Positions 8,394 to 18,987 of a stretch of 60,187 bases of DNA are shown piece after piece. The translations under genes and the position numbers were made by a program. Positions within the stretch are counted from its first letter, which is position 1. Each line of letters begins with the position of its first letter. Source of the DNA: Pseudomonadota bacterium (GTDB lineage: Bacteria; Bdellovibrionota; Bdellovibrionia; Bdellovibrionales; Bdellovibrionaceae); assembly GCA_041178425.1 (NCBI GenBank), contig JBEGVH010000023.1, positions 1 to 60,187 of the forward strand, read 5' to 3'. The notes beneath the pieces are model-generated. The model was not told where the DNA came from, did no database searches, and saw only the letters and a list, made by a program, of their open reading frames with translations.

Positions 8394-9467
8394 TTAATCT
8401 TGAATTAGCGCAAGAATTTGCTGTTGAAATTGTCGGAATGAAAACAATCGATCAACTTGCTCGTGTAGCAGCCACTTTTGTTGTTGTTGAATCTGCCCGA
8501 TTTGGCCAATCAAATCGACAATAGTTCCAATATCAGTAAAATCATTGAGAACGATAGGCCATGGCTTGGTGTAGGGCCCAAGTTTCTGGTTTGATAGTGT
8601 TTCGGCAGCACCAATCGGCCGAGCGATAACTGGCACCCCTGAAGCTAAGCTTTCAAGCGTGATCATCTCAAAACCTTCATAAAGTGAGGGAATGATCAGT
8701 ATATCGGCTTTCTGATATTCCTTTGGCATGTCGTCAAGGTTGAGATCACTAACAACAGAGGTATTCTCGAATACCTTGAATAAATCTACATTCTGCTTTC
8801 CCGCCGAAATAATGCGTAATTCCATTTCAAATCCGGATCTAGTCTCTGTTTTGATTTGGGTTTCTAATTTAGAGGCTAATTTCAACAAGGCATCCAGACC
8901 CTTTGCTGCTTCAAGTCTTCCAACAAAAAGAATTCGAAGTCTTCCATTTAAGGAATCAGGTTCGCCTGGCTGAAACCGATTCGTGTCGACGCAATTATTG
9001 ACAACAAAAATTTTTTCAGGAGCAATTTGATAAAATTGAACGAGTTCATTTTTCACTCTCTCACAAACAGCAATGATTTTTTTTGCTTTTGAAAAAGCAG
9101 AGCGTTCAAAGTATCGATATAAGAAACCCAGGCGGGCCTTTTTTAAATGCTCTGTGGCCTCAAGAAAACCAGCCATCGTTCCGTGTGCAAAGACAATCTC
9201 ATTTTGAATAAATGCGCACTGAAATCCATGGGAAATCGTTCGAAACCCTTTCCATCGGCAATAACACGAAGTTAATATGGAAAATAAAATCCACCCCAAT
9301 CTCGAATAAATTCTCGGGAAGTGGCCATTTAGCTTTCGGAGGAGCCAAAAATCTTGGGCAGAAAGAACGTCACATTTTTCAAGGCTCTCTTTCACGTAGA
9401 AAGCAACTCGTTCTACGCCCCCACTTTCAGATAAGCCATTATAAGAAATTTGGGTGAAGTGGGTCAT
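8394..9467 (-). CDS. GT4 (GT-B) glycosyltransferase
   Basis: FVGRLEAAKG, PSLYEGFEMITLESLASGVPV. Confidence 0.85.
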   Translation of the reverse strand: MTHFTQISYNGLSESGGVERVAFYVKESLEKCDVLSAQDFWLLRKLNGHFPRIYSRLGWILFSILTSCYCRWKGFRTISHGFQCAFIQNEIVFAHGTMAGFLEATEHLKKARLGFLYRYFERSAFSKAKKIIAVCERVKNELVQFYQIAPEKIFVVNNCVDTNRFQPGEPDSLNGRLRILFVGRLEAAKGLDALLKLASKLETQIKTETRSGFEMELRIISAGKQNVDLFKVFENTSVVSDLNLDDMPKEYQKADILIIPSLYEGFEMITLESLASGVPVIARPIGAAETLSNQKLGPYTKPWPIVLNDFTDIGTIVDLIGQIGQIQQQQKWLLHEQVDRLFSFRQFQQQILALIQD

Positions 9468-9469
9468 GC

Positions 9470-10729
9470 TTAAGACGCTCGAATGGCTGGGCCCAAAACA
9501 AAAATCTTGTGGGTGCGCAGCCGACTAAAAAGTAACATCGATAGAAAGATCTCAGTAGCAATCAAGGCGAGGGCTGCACCAGTCACAGCCCATTGTGCAA
9601 CAAACGCATAAATAACAAATGCATTAAAGATGGCTGCTAATATGTAGCTATTGCAGTAGGAATATTGGTGTCCGCGCGAGAGCAAAACCTGTGAGCCAAA
9701 CACTCCATTGAGACCCGCAAACAAAGGTAAAAACGCTAAGACCTGAATCAAGGGCACGGCATTGGCCTGCCCTTTACCAAACACAAAAGGTATAATATAG
9801 GGGCTGGTGACGAGAGTTCCAACGCCCATGGTAATTCCAATCATCACCATCACGGCTAAGTACTTTTGTAAGTTTTTAAGCGCATTAGCAGTGATTTCAT
9901 CTTTGAACGCTCGCTGCACCTTCGGAAATACAGCCATCGTCAGTGGAGTTTGCAGGGTGACTAACGCCGTTGTGATTCGTGTTGCTAAACTGAAATAACC
10001 AGCAGAGCTGCGATCGAGCATGAACCCTACTAAGAGAGTCCCGGTGTTATTAAAAAAGTTGGCACTGAGGTTCGCTAAGAACACATACCAGCCGTCTTTC
10101 ACAATTTTTTTTATGACTGTAAATTGTGGACGAACGAGCTGTATGTAAGGTTTTGCAGCCCACAATCCCATTCCACAGGAGAGCCCCCAGCCAAGACAAT
10201 TTAACCACATTGCTATGTTAACATCTTCAGGACTTTGCACTAGTGGGAAGATCAAAACTGTTGCTACGATTCGTGAAGTTATCTGAAAACCAGAAGTTTT
10301 GAAGCCTTGTTCGAGGCCCAGGAAGATCCATTGTGGCTGTAGAGATTGCGCGATAACAGCAACAAATCCGGCTAAGAACAACTCCGCATGATCGTGAACA
10401 AACGGCACAGCAAAATAACTGCCGAACAGCAAAACACCACAGGCAGCGACAAAAACCATTTTTGCGAAATACACCGAACCCACATACTGCCGCAAGCCAC
10501 TTAAGTCGTCACGGCGGATAGCCACTTCTCTTGTAGCGGTCAAATAAAAACCGTAATCAACCAAAATCAGGAAGTACGAAATAGCAGACTGAACGATACT
10601 CATAGTTCCAAAGGTTTCACTGCCAAGAACCCGCACTAGATACGGTAGCGACACCAGGGGAATGATGTAATTAGTAATTTGTAATATGAAGAGCGCAATA
10701 ACATTAATTGCGAGCTGTTTGTGCTTCAT
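9470..10729 (-). CDS. wzx: Wzx-type oligosaccharide flippase
   Basis: NYIIPLVSLPYLVRVLG...DYGF...ATREVA and many TM segments. Confidence 0.85.
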   Translation of the reverse strand: MKHKQLAINVIALFILQITNYIIPLVSLPYLVRVLGSETFGTMSIVQSAISYFLILVDYGFYLTATREVAIRRDDLSGLRQYVGSVYFAKMVFVAACGVLLFGSYFAVPFVHDHAELFLAGFVAVIAQSLQPQWIFLGLEQGFKTSGFQITSRIVATVLIFPLVQSPEDVNIAMWLNCLGWGLSCGMGLWAAKPYIQLVRPQFTVIKKIVKDGWYVFLANLSANFFNNTGTLLVGFMLDRSSAGYFSLATRITTALVTLQTPLTMAVFPKVQRAFKDEITANALKNLQKYLAVMVMIGITMGVGTLVTSPYIIPFVFGKGQANAVPLIQVLAFLPLFAGLNGVFGSQVLLSRGHQYSYCNSYILAAIFNAFVIYAFVAQWAVTGAALALIATEIFLSMLLFSRLRTHKIFVLGPAIRAS

Positions 10730-10763
10730 GATTCTTTTCTATTGTCTCCCTGTCCACTTGTCA

Positions 10764-11876
10764 TCAAGGGAGTTGATTGAACAGGAGCATTTTTTTAAAG
10801 AGTGCTTTAAACTTTTCAGTCCTTGCCTGATTTGAAAAATTGGCATCAAAATAGCCTATCGACTCTGGCCAAAAGAGCGTCCTGTCGTTGCCTAGAGTCT
10901 TAATTTTTTCAATAAACCCTGATGCGTCTCGACATTGCAAAATATTGGGAGGCCAAGGCTGTTCGAGGCCCCTAAGTCCAAAGGGTGTCGCGAGAAGAGT
11001 CTTTCCGTGAGCGATTGCCTCAATGGCTTTGGCGTTCATACCGGAGCCGCTCCAGATCGGAGAAACTACCGCCAGGGCATTATCGTAGTAAGTACTGGTG
11101 CTATCAACCGTTCCAACGATCTTGAGGCGAGGATGTTGCAAAGTAGGGCTCAGTTTTTCCATGCCAAAGCCAATAACAATCAAATCATTTTCGATATGAT
11201 CGAGAACATTTTTGACGAACCACTTAAGAGCCTCTTTATTCGGTTCAAAATAAGATCCGCAGAAGAGCAGATTGTTAGCGCTTTTCGAATCGGCTTCGCG
11301 CTTTTCTTTTTTCGGCGTGGCAAGTCCCAAGGGAATAATGTGCACAGTTCGCTCACCATACAGCTCGATGAGGCGCTCTTTGTCATTTACAGTGAGTGTA
11401 ATGATCTCGTCTGCATATTGAAACGCAGCAAGTTCATTGGTTTTTACTGCATGGCTAGTGATCCACCGCAACAGCGGATTTTTAATAATTTGCCCGTAGT
11501 AATCTGACTCGACATTGTGAAATTGGGTGATGATCGGTAAGAACTTTGAAGTCTTTTTAATGGTCTCCGCCAGGTGCCCCAGAACGCTATGATCGACAAA
11601 AACCAACTCAAAAGCCTCACTTTTAATCAAGCGTTGAATATTGCCTTCAAAAGTAGGGGAGTTCCCACCCCAATATCCCCCAAAGGCTAAAATTAGCCGC
11701 CAAATCTTTCCCGGAAAGCTAAACGACCAATTTGAAAGGCTGGCGATTGTTACGAGTTCGAAGTGTTCTGCAAGCAGTCGATGATTGGCTTGGGTTAATG
11801 CGACCCCGCCCCCTTTAATAGGGGTTTCCTGAGGATGGTGGGTTGAGATGAACAAACAACGGCGGTTTTTTTTCAC
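10764..11876 (-). CDS. GT4-like glycosyltransferase
   Basis: FHNVE, LFCGSYFEPN, PIWSGSGMNAKAIEA. Confidence 0.8.
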   Translation of the reverse strand: MKKNRRCLFISTHHPQETPIKGGGVALTQANHRLLAEHFELVTIASLSNWSFSFPGKIWRLILAFGGYWGGNSPTFEGNIQRLIKSEAFELVFVDHSVLGHLAETIKKTSKFLPIITQFHNVESDYYGQIIKNPLLRWITSHAVKTNELAAFQYADEIITLTVNDKERLIELYGERTVHIIPLGLATPKKEKREADSKSANNLLFCGSYFEPNKEALKWFVKNVLDHIENDLIVIGFGMEKLSPTLQHPRLKIVGTVDSTSTYYDNALAVVSPIWSGSGMNAKAIEAIAHGKTLLATPFGLRGLEQPWPPNILQCRDASGFIEKIKTLGNDRTLFWPESIGYFDANFSNQARTEKFKALFKKMLLFNQLP

Positions 11877-11963
11877 ATCTTTAGATCACGCAAAAATCAG
11901 GGCTTGTCAAAGGGGCTTCGTTTTCTTGCTTAAGTTGTTGGGCGGTGCTAGCTTGCATCAACA

Positions 11964-12845
11964 ATGACTGAGAAACCTGCGTTGGTAAGCGTAATAATTC
12001 CGACTTTTAACCGTGGCCACCTCTTAGAAGAGACGATCCCCACTTTTCTGCAGCCGGAAGTAGGTGAAATTATACTCATTGACGATGCCTCAACCGACGA
12101 TACTGAAGAGGTTGGCCATTGGCTCGTTGGCCAGTACCCTCGCATTCGATATTTTCGCAATGAGAAAAATATTAAGCAGACGGGGTCGAAGAACCGCGGC
12201 ATACAAGAAGCTCAATTTCCATATATTTATTTTGGCGACGACGATTGTTACCTCATGCCCGGTGCCATGAGTCTTCTTTTGCAGGTTTACGAAGAGCAGG
12301 GGGCTCAACTTTGTGGGGCGCGGGCCCTATTTATGCCCGCTGGCACCCAAGGAACGCCAGCTCAGTATTGGGAAGCTCATCAAAATGATTTGGTCAGTGA
12401 CCCCTCTGAAATTGTGAATCTTAATCTTCTGAAGTTTAACTTTCAGTTGGGCTGCGCCCACCCCATTGAATTTCCCGTTTTGCATGCGTGTTTTTTAATT
12501 AATACAGCAGACGCAAAAAAGGTTTCTTATCACACGGGCTATATTGGCAATTCTTTTCGAGAAGAAACCGACTACACCTTGAGGTGTAAGGATCAGGGGA
12601 TGAAGCTGGTTTATTGTTCCCAAACAGCCCAAGTCAACCTGCCTCCCGAAAGGTGCTCTGGCGGGTCGCGATCGACCAAATGGAAATACGAATACTACTC
12701 GTTCGTGAATAACTTTCATTTTCTCAAGCGCAATGAATCGATTTTGCGGGCCTTGGTGGGGCCTTCATTTAACAAATACGTTTTGCAGTGGCGCTTTTTT
12801 GGGGGGCGATTCACTGCTCTGGTGCAAAAGCTGTTTCGATTTTAG
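11964..12845 (+). CDS. GT2 glycosyltransferase
   Basis: VSVIIPTFNR, IDDASTD, FGDDD, FREETD. Confidence 0.85.
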   Translation: MTEKPALVSVIIPTFNRGHLLEETIPTFLQPEVGEIILIDDASTDDTEEVGHWLVGQYPRIRYFRNEKNIKQTGSKNRGIQEAQFPYIYFGDDDCYLMPGAMSLLLQVYEEQGAQLCGARALFMPAGTQGTPAQYWEAHQNDLVSDPSEIVNLNLLKFNFQLGCAHPIEFPVLHACFLINTADAKKVSYHTGYIGNSFREETDYTLRCKDQGMKLVYCSQTAQVNLPPERCSGGSRSTKWKYEYYSFVNNFHFLKRNESILRALVGPSFNKYVLQWRFFGGRFTALVQKLFRF

Positions 12846-13782
12846 TGGGCATGTGAGTGGTAGCACCTAAGCGTCCCCCTTGTCGTCGGCATCCATCAAC
12901 ATAGCCTTTTATTAATAGGCCAATTTGATAAAAATACCCTTTAGTAAGGGCTCGCCAGATATTGCGAAGAAAGTCTAAAAAATAAAACAAGTGGATAACC
13001 GAAGGGCGCGACTCTGGAAAGTATTTACGGAGATAGTCGATCAAGAAAAAGCGATTTCTGGTTTGATAGTAAGGAATCGGCGAGCGTTCGCCCCAGTCTT
13101 TGGGCACGGGCAGGAGCTTTCGGAGGGTAAATTCACTAAAATAAAGCACGTTGGTATGCAGACTAGCGAGCATTCCAAAAATATGATCATCGAGGGTAAT
13201 AAACAAGCGAGCATCAGGCAGCCCAATCTTCTGCACGAGAGATTTTTTAACAAACATCCCTTCGAAGCAGCCATAGTTCACAAAAGTAAACTCCTTACCG
13301 CTCATATAATTGTCCGAAAACCAGGAAAATAGGCCTAGTTTAGTCGAAAAATAACCACTCCAAAGAAAGCGTTCGCCTTCCACTGTCAATTTTGAACCAT
13401 GAATGCACTCTGAGACATGGCTATACTTTAAGCAATGCTGGAGGGCTTTAGGTAATATCACCACATCGTCATCCATCAAAAACAGCCACTCGCTGGTGTC
13501 TGCCATGGCTAGTCTTACGCCCTCATAAAATCCGCCGGCCCCGCCAATATTATCTTTCAGTCGAACGTATCGAAAGTTTTTTTGTTGATAGTAGGATGAA
13601 GATAAAACGAAGTCTTGTGTGCCGTCGGTGCTGGCATTATCGATCAATAGCACCGAATAATCGGGGTAATCGAGTTCAAATGTTGATTTTAAACAGGCTT
13701 TTAATAGCTCCAAACGATTAAAGGTCACCACAATAATGGTCACCTTTGGTTGTTTTATTGAAATAGCCTCAACATCCGTCAT
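12811..13782 (-). CDS. GT2 glycosyltransferase (GlfT1-like)
   Basis: IVVTFNR, IDNASTDGT, NIGGAGGF, LMDDD, YYQTRNR. Confidence 0.85.
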   Translation of the reverse strand: MTDVEAISIKQPKVTIIVVTFNRLELLKACLKSTFELDYPDYSVLLIDNASTDGTQDFVLSSSYYQQKNFRYVRLKDNIGGAGGFYEGVRLAMADTSEWLFLMDDDVVILPKALQHCLKYSHVSECIHGSKLTVEGERFLWSGYFSTKLGLFSWFSDNYMSGKEFTFVNYGCFEGMFVKKSLVQKIGLPDARLFITLDDHIFGMLASLHTNVLYFSEFTLRKLLPVPKDWGERSPIPYYQTRNRFFLIDYLRKYFPESRPSVIHLFYFLDFLRNIWRALTKGYFYQIGLLIKGYVDGCRRQGGRLGATTHMPTKIETAFAPEQ

Positions 13783-13884
13783 TTACACTTTACCGCGCTT
13801 TTTCGCTTTTTAGAAGGAGCTTAACAAGCCTAGCAATTCAAGTAAAGACAACTTTTGCGGGTTGCCAACAAGGTCTGATAGACT

Positions 13885-15051
13885 TTGAGCGAGTCTTCGA
13901 ATAGGTTCGAAGGCATGGAATTACAAGGTTTAAAATATTTGGTAGTCGGGGCGGGCTTTTACGGTGCAACCATCGCTGAGCGGATTGCTTCGGTGCTCAA
14001 AGAAAAGGTCTTGGTGATCGATCTTCGGGAGCATATTGGCGGGAATTCGTTTTCTTACGCAGATAAAGACACCAATATTGAGATCCATAAGTACGGAAGT
14101 CATATCTTTCACACATCGAACGAACAAGTTTGGGCCTATATTAATCGCTTCACCAGCTTCAACTCTTACCAGCATCGAGTGCTGACTCAGTATCAAAACA
14201 AAGTTTATTCGATGCCTATCAACCTGATGACCATCAATCAGTACTACGGCAAAAACCTAACCCCGGCAGAAGCAGAATCCTTCATCAAAGCAGAAATCGC
14301 CCGTGATCATATCGCTAATCCGAGAAATCTCGAAGAAAAAGCCATCTCTCTCATCGGCCGGCCCTTGTACGAAGCCTTCATCAAGGGCTATACCCAAAAG
14401 CAGTGGGAAACCCCATTAACCGAGTTACCCGAGAATATCATTACCCGCTTGCCAGTTCGCTTTAGCTACAATGATCGCTACTTTAACGACAAATATGAAG
14501 GCCTACCGGTAGATGGTTATGGTAAAATCTTCGAGCGCATGCTCGATAACCCACTCATTGAGGTGAAGCTTGGGGTTGATTATTTCGCTATTAAAGACAA
14601 GATTCCTGCTGATTGCCTCGTGATCTATACCGGGCCTATTGATCGCTATTTCAACTTCAAACACGGCAAGCTCGCCTGGCGCACCACGGACTTCGAAGAA
14701 CAACGCGTACCCGCCAACGATTATCAGGGCACGAGTGTCATGAATTATGCTGACCTTGATCAAAAATTCACGCGTATTCACGAATTTAAGCACTACCATC
14801 CAGAGCGCGAGCAATCGAAAACTGAAACGATTATTTTTAAAGAGTATTCTCGATTCGCTAAAGAAGGTGATGTTCCCTATTACCCGGTGAACACCGAGAA
14901 GGATAAGGCCATCTTGGCACAATACAAACAAGAAGTAGAGCAGACTAAGAATGTGATTTTCGGTGGGCGCTTGGGTAATTACGTGTACGTCGATATGCAC
15001 CAGGCGATTGCGATGGCGTTGAATATGTTTGAATCTAAAATTAAGCATTAA
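13885..15051 (+). CDS. glf: UDP-galactopyranose mutase (start possibly ATG 13915)
   Basis: VVGAGFYG, HIGGN, HKYGSHIFHT, YTQKQW, RIHEFKH, PYYP, GGRLG. Confidence 0.95.
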   Translation: MSESSNRFEGMELQGLKYLVVGAGFYGATIAERIASVLKEKVLVIDLREHIGGNSFSYADKDTNIEIHKYGSHIFHTSNEQVWAYINRFTSFNSYQHRVLTQYQNKVYSMPINLMTINQYYGKNLTPAEAESFIKAEIARDHIANPRNLEEKAISLIGRPLYEAFIKGYTQKQWETPLTELPENIITRLPVRFSYNDRYFNDKYEGLPVDGYGKIFERMLDNPLIEVKLGVDYFAIKDKIPADCLVIYTGPIDRYFNFKHGKLAWRTTDFEEQRVPANDYQGTSVMNYADLDQKFTRIHEFKHYHPEREQSKTETIIFKEYSRFAKEGDVPYYPVNTEKDKAILAQYKQEVEQTKNVIFGGRLGNYVYVDMHQAIAMALNMFESKIKH

Positions 15052-15080
15052 ACTGACAATTATAGGTATGTAACACGCCC

Positions 15081-16802
15081 ATGGCCCATATAACTCAAAG
15101 TATTGCAAATTTGATTGGCCCTTCACCAAAGTTATTCAGTGAAAATGTCGACGTCCTTTATCACCAGCCCACAGAGGCTAAATACGATTTAGACCTGAAA
15201 GCTTGGTTTGGGTCTGCCGGCAGTACTATAAACTTTAAAAGTTATGTCAATTCACTTTATTCTCAAAATATTTGGCCATTAAATTCCAAAGTCAAAGAAG
15301 TCTCGCTCTTTCTCAGGGGCCAAGGCAATTGCACAGTGCGGTTAATTGAGCTTAGCCGATACGATGAAACTACACTGGTTGATGCAACAGTTCAGCTGAA
15401 CAAAACTGAGGGTATGCACATTAAATTCAACCTGAAGAAAAATTGTATTTATTGGCCGATAATTGAATTTAAAACTGACGGCAATCTGACAACGCTTCAA
15501 TGGTGTGTTGAGGTTTTGGCGAGTGATTTAAGAGAAGTCAAATTTGCCATTATTTCGACAACATTTAAGAAAGAGCGCGACATCAAGGCGACAATTTCCA
15601 ATCTTGATTCGTTTTTTCTCAAAGCCTCAGAAAAACCACGGTTTTTTGTAATCGACAATGGGCAGACCCTAAACAAAGATGATTTTCCTCCAACTGTGAA
15701 TTTGATTGCCCAAGAAAACCTCGGTGGAGCAGGCGGGTTTACGAGAGGCCTGAAAGAAGCTAGTGCCTCCGGTTGTAGTCACTTTTTATTCATGGACGAT
15801 GATATCATTGTAGAGCCTGAATTATTGGCCCGAATAATTCGGCTACAGCGTATTAATAGTAACGATGTAATGCTGGCGGGGGCTATGCTAGATAGCTATT
15901 CCCCTACTGATCATTATGAATGTGGCGCCAAGGTTGCCTACGAAGGTTTCAGCCTGGTACCACAACTTCACAGAATATCACTTTGCAAACCGGAGAATTT
16001 TTTCCGAGCACTTCAAGAGCTGGAAAATATCGATTATGGTGGCTGGTGGTGTTTCTCTTTTTCGCAGACGAATTATTTCCATATTGGGGATCCTCTCCAA
16101 ATTTTTATTCGTGGAGATGACGAAGAGTTTTGTTTGCGTGGGAAGACTTTAGGGATCAACACAAGACCACTTGCGGGAGTTGGGGTTTGGCACGAGCCCT
16201 TTTATGCCAAAAATATTTCATGGATAAGATATTACCTTGTGAGGAATCGTCTTCTAATTGCCAATAAATATTCGTCAAAGCCTATCGGCCCCTACCTAAT
16301 AAAGCTGATTGCCAAGGATTTTCTGGGAGCAGTGCTTCGATATGAATATGATGCTGCCTATGCTATTTACCGAGGCCTAAAGGATTTTTTAAATATTAAT
16401 CAACTATTAGCTGCAAGTCCTGCAGACACCCACGCTGATCTAATGGCTAAAATTAAGGGCTTTTTACCCAAGCTAGAAATTTGCGAACATTCTCCAGTCC
16501 AACAAATTAAACCACCCAAGTGGCAAATCAGGCTGCGGCTGCTCATCTTGAATGGGCACTTATTGCCAATTGTAAAGAAAACCCAAATCATTAATTTGGC
16601 TGATTTTAGTTGGGCGAATATATTTTCGAGTAAGGTGAAGGTCGTTGAGGGTACGCCAGGAAAAGCAAAATCATACTCATTAAATCCGATTCTAGGAATG
16701 TATCTAATGGTACTTTTTTGCTTAACTCTGGCCCGTGCCGCAGTTAGGATTTGCGTTCAATCTAATACATTTGCGCGGAGCTTTAGGTATGCCAGCAAAT
16801 GA
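15081..16802 (+). CDS. GT2 glycosyltransferase, GlfT2-like galactofuranosyltransferase
   Basis: N-terminal beta domain, NLGGAGGFTRG, FMDDDI, YGGWWCF, FIRGDDEE, GVWHEPF. Adjacent to glf. Confidence 0.75.
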   Translation: MAHITQSIANLIGPSPKLFSENVDVLYHQPTEAKYDLDLKAWFGSAGSTINFKSYVNSLYSQNIWPLNSKVKEVSLFLRGQGNCTVRLIELSRYDETTLVDATVQLNKTEGMHIKFNLKKNCIYWPIIEFKTDGNLTTLQWCVEVLASDLREVKFAIISTTFKKERDIKATISNLDSFFLKASEKPRFFVIDNGQTLNKDDFPPTVNLIAQENLGGAGGFTRGLKEASASGCSHFLFMDDDIIVEPELLARIIRLQRINSNDVMLAGAMLDSYSPTDHYECGAKVAYEGFSLVPQLHRISLCKPENFFRALQELENIDYGGWWCFSFSQTNYFHIGDPLQIFIRGDDEEFCLRGKTLGINTRPLAGVGVWHEPFYAKNISWIRYYLVRNRLLIANKYSSKPIGPYLIKLIAKDFLGAVLRYEYDAAYAIYRGLKDFLNINQLLAASPADTHADLMAKIKGFLPKLEICEHSPVQQIKPPKWQIRLRLLILNGHLLPIVKKTQIINLADFSWANIFSSKVKVVEGTPGKAKSYSLNPILGMYLMVLFCLTLARAAVRICVQSNTFARSFRYASK

Positions 16803-16808
16803 AGTTCA

Positions 16809-17795
16809 CTAGGCTTTTTTCTTAAATGAGCGGTAGATTAATAATATAGGCCAGCCAAAAAACCGCAAAAGCTTTTCGATTTTTTCCTGAAAAATTATTA
16901 GCTGATCTATCTTACGCTCAATGCGATCCAGCCGCCACTTCAATTGGAGGTTAGCAAAGCTTTGATTTAATATTGGCCCGAGGGCGGTGGGATTTTCATT
17001 TAAGTATTTGCGTAGCCAATCATTTCGTACTGACGTGTCATAAAAACGGTGAAGGTTCATCTGGCGTGTAATTGTATTCGAGTTCTGATTTTGCTCGGAA
17101 TCAATTCGATGATGGTAAAACGCTAAGACCTCTTGAATGCAGCCAATATCATATTTTAAAAGTACTCTAACATTAAATTCCCAATCGCCAATGACAGCAA
17201 AATCTTCATTAAAAAGGCCGACCTCGGCAAGGACGGCTCTTTTAAAGAAAAACGTAAGGTTAGGTATATTATTAAGAGCAAGCTCTCGCCCCAAGTTCAC
17301 TGGGTTATGAGCTCTATAGTATGGGCCCTGGTTGATCTTTTGAATTCCCGTTTCGCTGATTACTTCATTGATAACATCCGCGTGGCAAGTTACTCCACCA
17401 TAAAAGAAATTTTTAGGGTCGATTAGGAAAGTAACTGCTTTTTCAATAATTGCTGGCAACCAAGTGTCGTCGTCATCATGAATTACAATTAGCTCACCCT
17501 CAGCAACTGATATTCCAAAATTCGAAGCCTTTTTTCTGCCGATCGATTTGGCATGGTTAAATACTTTTAGCTTAGGTATTTTTGAGGTAAATTGAGGTAT
17601 GATGCTATTCAATGCCTCCTTTGGGCCACCGTCATTTACTAAAATAACTTCAAAATTCTTGTAAGTTTGGTTTGCTATTGAGATTAGAGCGCGCTCCAGA
17701 AGTAAAGGTCGATATTGGGTGCGGACAATTACGCTTACTAATGGTTGCGGTGAAATTGGAACTTTTTTATTGGCAAGAGGATTTAATAAAAACAT
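16809..17795 (-). CDS. GT2 glycosyltransferase
   Basis: VSVIVRT, VNDGG, IHDDDD, GDWEFN. Confidence 0.85.
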   Translation of the reverse strand: MFLLNPLANKKVPISPQPLVSVIVRTQYRPLLLERALISIANQTYKNFEVILVNDGGPKEALNSIIPQFTSKIPKLKVFNHAKSIGRKKASNFGISVAEGELIVIHDDDDTWLPAIIEKAVTFLIDPKNFFYGGVTCHADVINEVISETGIQKINQGPYYRAHNPVNLGRELALNNIPNLTFFFKRAVLAEVGLFNEDFAVIGDWEFNVRVLLKYDIGCIQEVLAFYHHRIDSEQNQNSNTITRQMNLHRFYDTSVRNDWLRKYLNENPTALGPILNQSFANLQLKWRLDRIERKIDQLIIFQEKIEKLLRFFGWPILLIYRSFKKKA

Positions 17796-18012
17796 AGATG
17801 CAGTTCCTTAGACAATTAGGCTAATAGTAATTGGCTTCTCTATTCGTTGGCGAAAAGAAAATACTTAGACTGGGATTAATAGGGAAGCAAAATCCACCAT
17901 TTGGTGGGGGGGCACAGTTGAGTAGTGCTGCGAGTTAAATTCAATTCCATTTGGCTTTCAAAGCCCGAATTGCTAGCAATGCCTATAAACATGATAAAAA
18001 ATAAAGGTTCAA

Positions 18013-18987
18013 ATGCGGATTGCAATTCAACTTTTTGGGCATCTAAGGACTTTTGAGCGCTGTTATAGTGGGCTTCAGAAACATATTTTATCCAGGTATG
18101 ATTGCGACGTGTTTATTCACACATGGGACCGCTTGGATCATCTGTCGCGAACATGGCATAATTCGGCAGATACTGTTGGCGCGGCCACCGCTGTTGAATC
18201 AAGTATTCAGCAAAGGGTAATCGAATATTTTAATCCAAAAAAGTTTAAAATAGAAGCTCAAGACTTCATAGACGAGCAAGGCTACTTTGGGACACACGAC
18301 ACCGTTAAAATTGGTTTAGGAGGTATTAAGTATATGCTTTATAGTAAATACCAAGTTAACCAATTACGCCTTGAATATTCAAATGAAAGTGGCGTTGCTT
18401 ATGACTATTGCGTGATGATTCGCCCCGACATAATGCCTTTGACAGATTTAGATGTTGAAAAATTTAAACCATTTTTTGAATTTGACCCATCGACTTCAAT
18501 CCATTTTGCATTCAGTCAGTTTTCAGATCTTAGGGGTGAGCGTTTTTTCACATTCAATGGGGCTTTTGATTTGTATTACTTTGCGCGTCCTGAGATAATT
18601 TCTAAAATATGCGAATGTTACCTTCATTTTGATAGATATTATAAAGATATGCCTGCAAAAATTTTTCCGAGGCAAGTAGAAGTTCCTGAATTGGCATTCT
18701 ACGAATTCATCCTAAAAATGGGTGTTATGCCAAGAGTGATAAGAAGCTATTTCAGTATTAAGAGAAAAAATCCGTTAGATGATTTGACTTTAGCGCCTCC
18801 TATTGAGGGTTTGGAGCAAAACACCATTAGGTTAGCAGAAATACAACATTCAAATAGGCATAAAGTAGCCATTCAGACTCTTTCTTTTATTAAGCGATTA
18901 TTGCCATATAGAGTTCGTCTTTTTCTGCAAAGGTGCCTAAGATACGCGATTAGAGTTTTCAAGTTTATTGAAGCGAGAACCGTTTAA
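18013..18987 (+). CDS. Hypothetical protein, possibly glycan-related
   Basis: 324-aa ORF with IAIQLFGHLRTF, DVFIHTW and YDYCVMIRPD motifs. Coupled to the next GT2. Confidence 0.7.
   Translation: MRIAIQLFGHLRTFERCYSGLQKHILSRYDCDVFIHTWDRLDHLSRTWHNSADTVGAATAVESSIQQRVIEYFNPKKFKIEAQDFIDEQGYFGTHDTVKIGLGGIKYMLYSKYQVNQLRLEYSNESGVAYDYCVMIRPDIMPLTDLDVEKFKPFFEFDPSTSIHFAFSQFSDLRGERFFTFNGAFDLYYFARPEIISKICECYLHFDRYYKDMPAKIFPRQVEVPELAFYEFILKMGVMPRVIRSYFSIKRKNPLDDLTLAPPIEGLEQNTIRLAEIQHSNRHKVAIQTLSFIKRLLPYRVRLFLQRCLRYAIRVFKFIEARTV

Noticed and set aside
14503..15129. Long antisense/shadow ORFs (e.g. 14503-15129, 10935-11507, 43936-44466, 34394-34819, 52961-53404)
   Set aside because: They overlap well-supported genes on the opposite strand and have no recognisable motifs.
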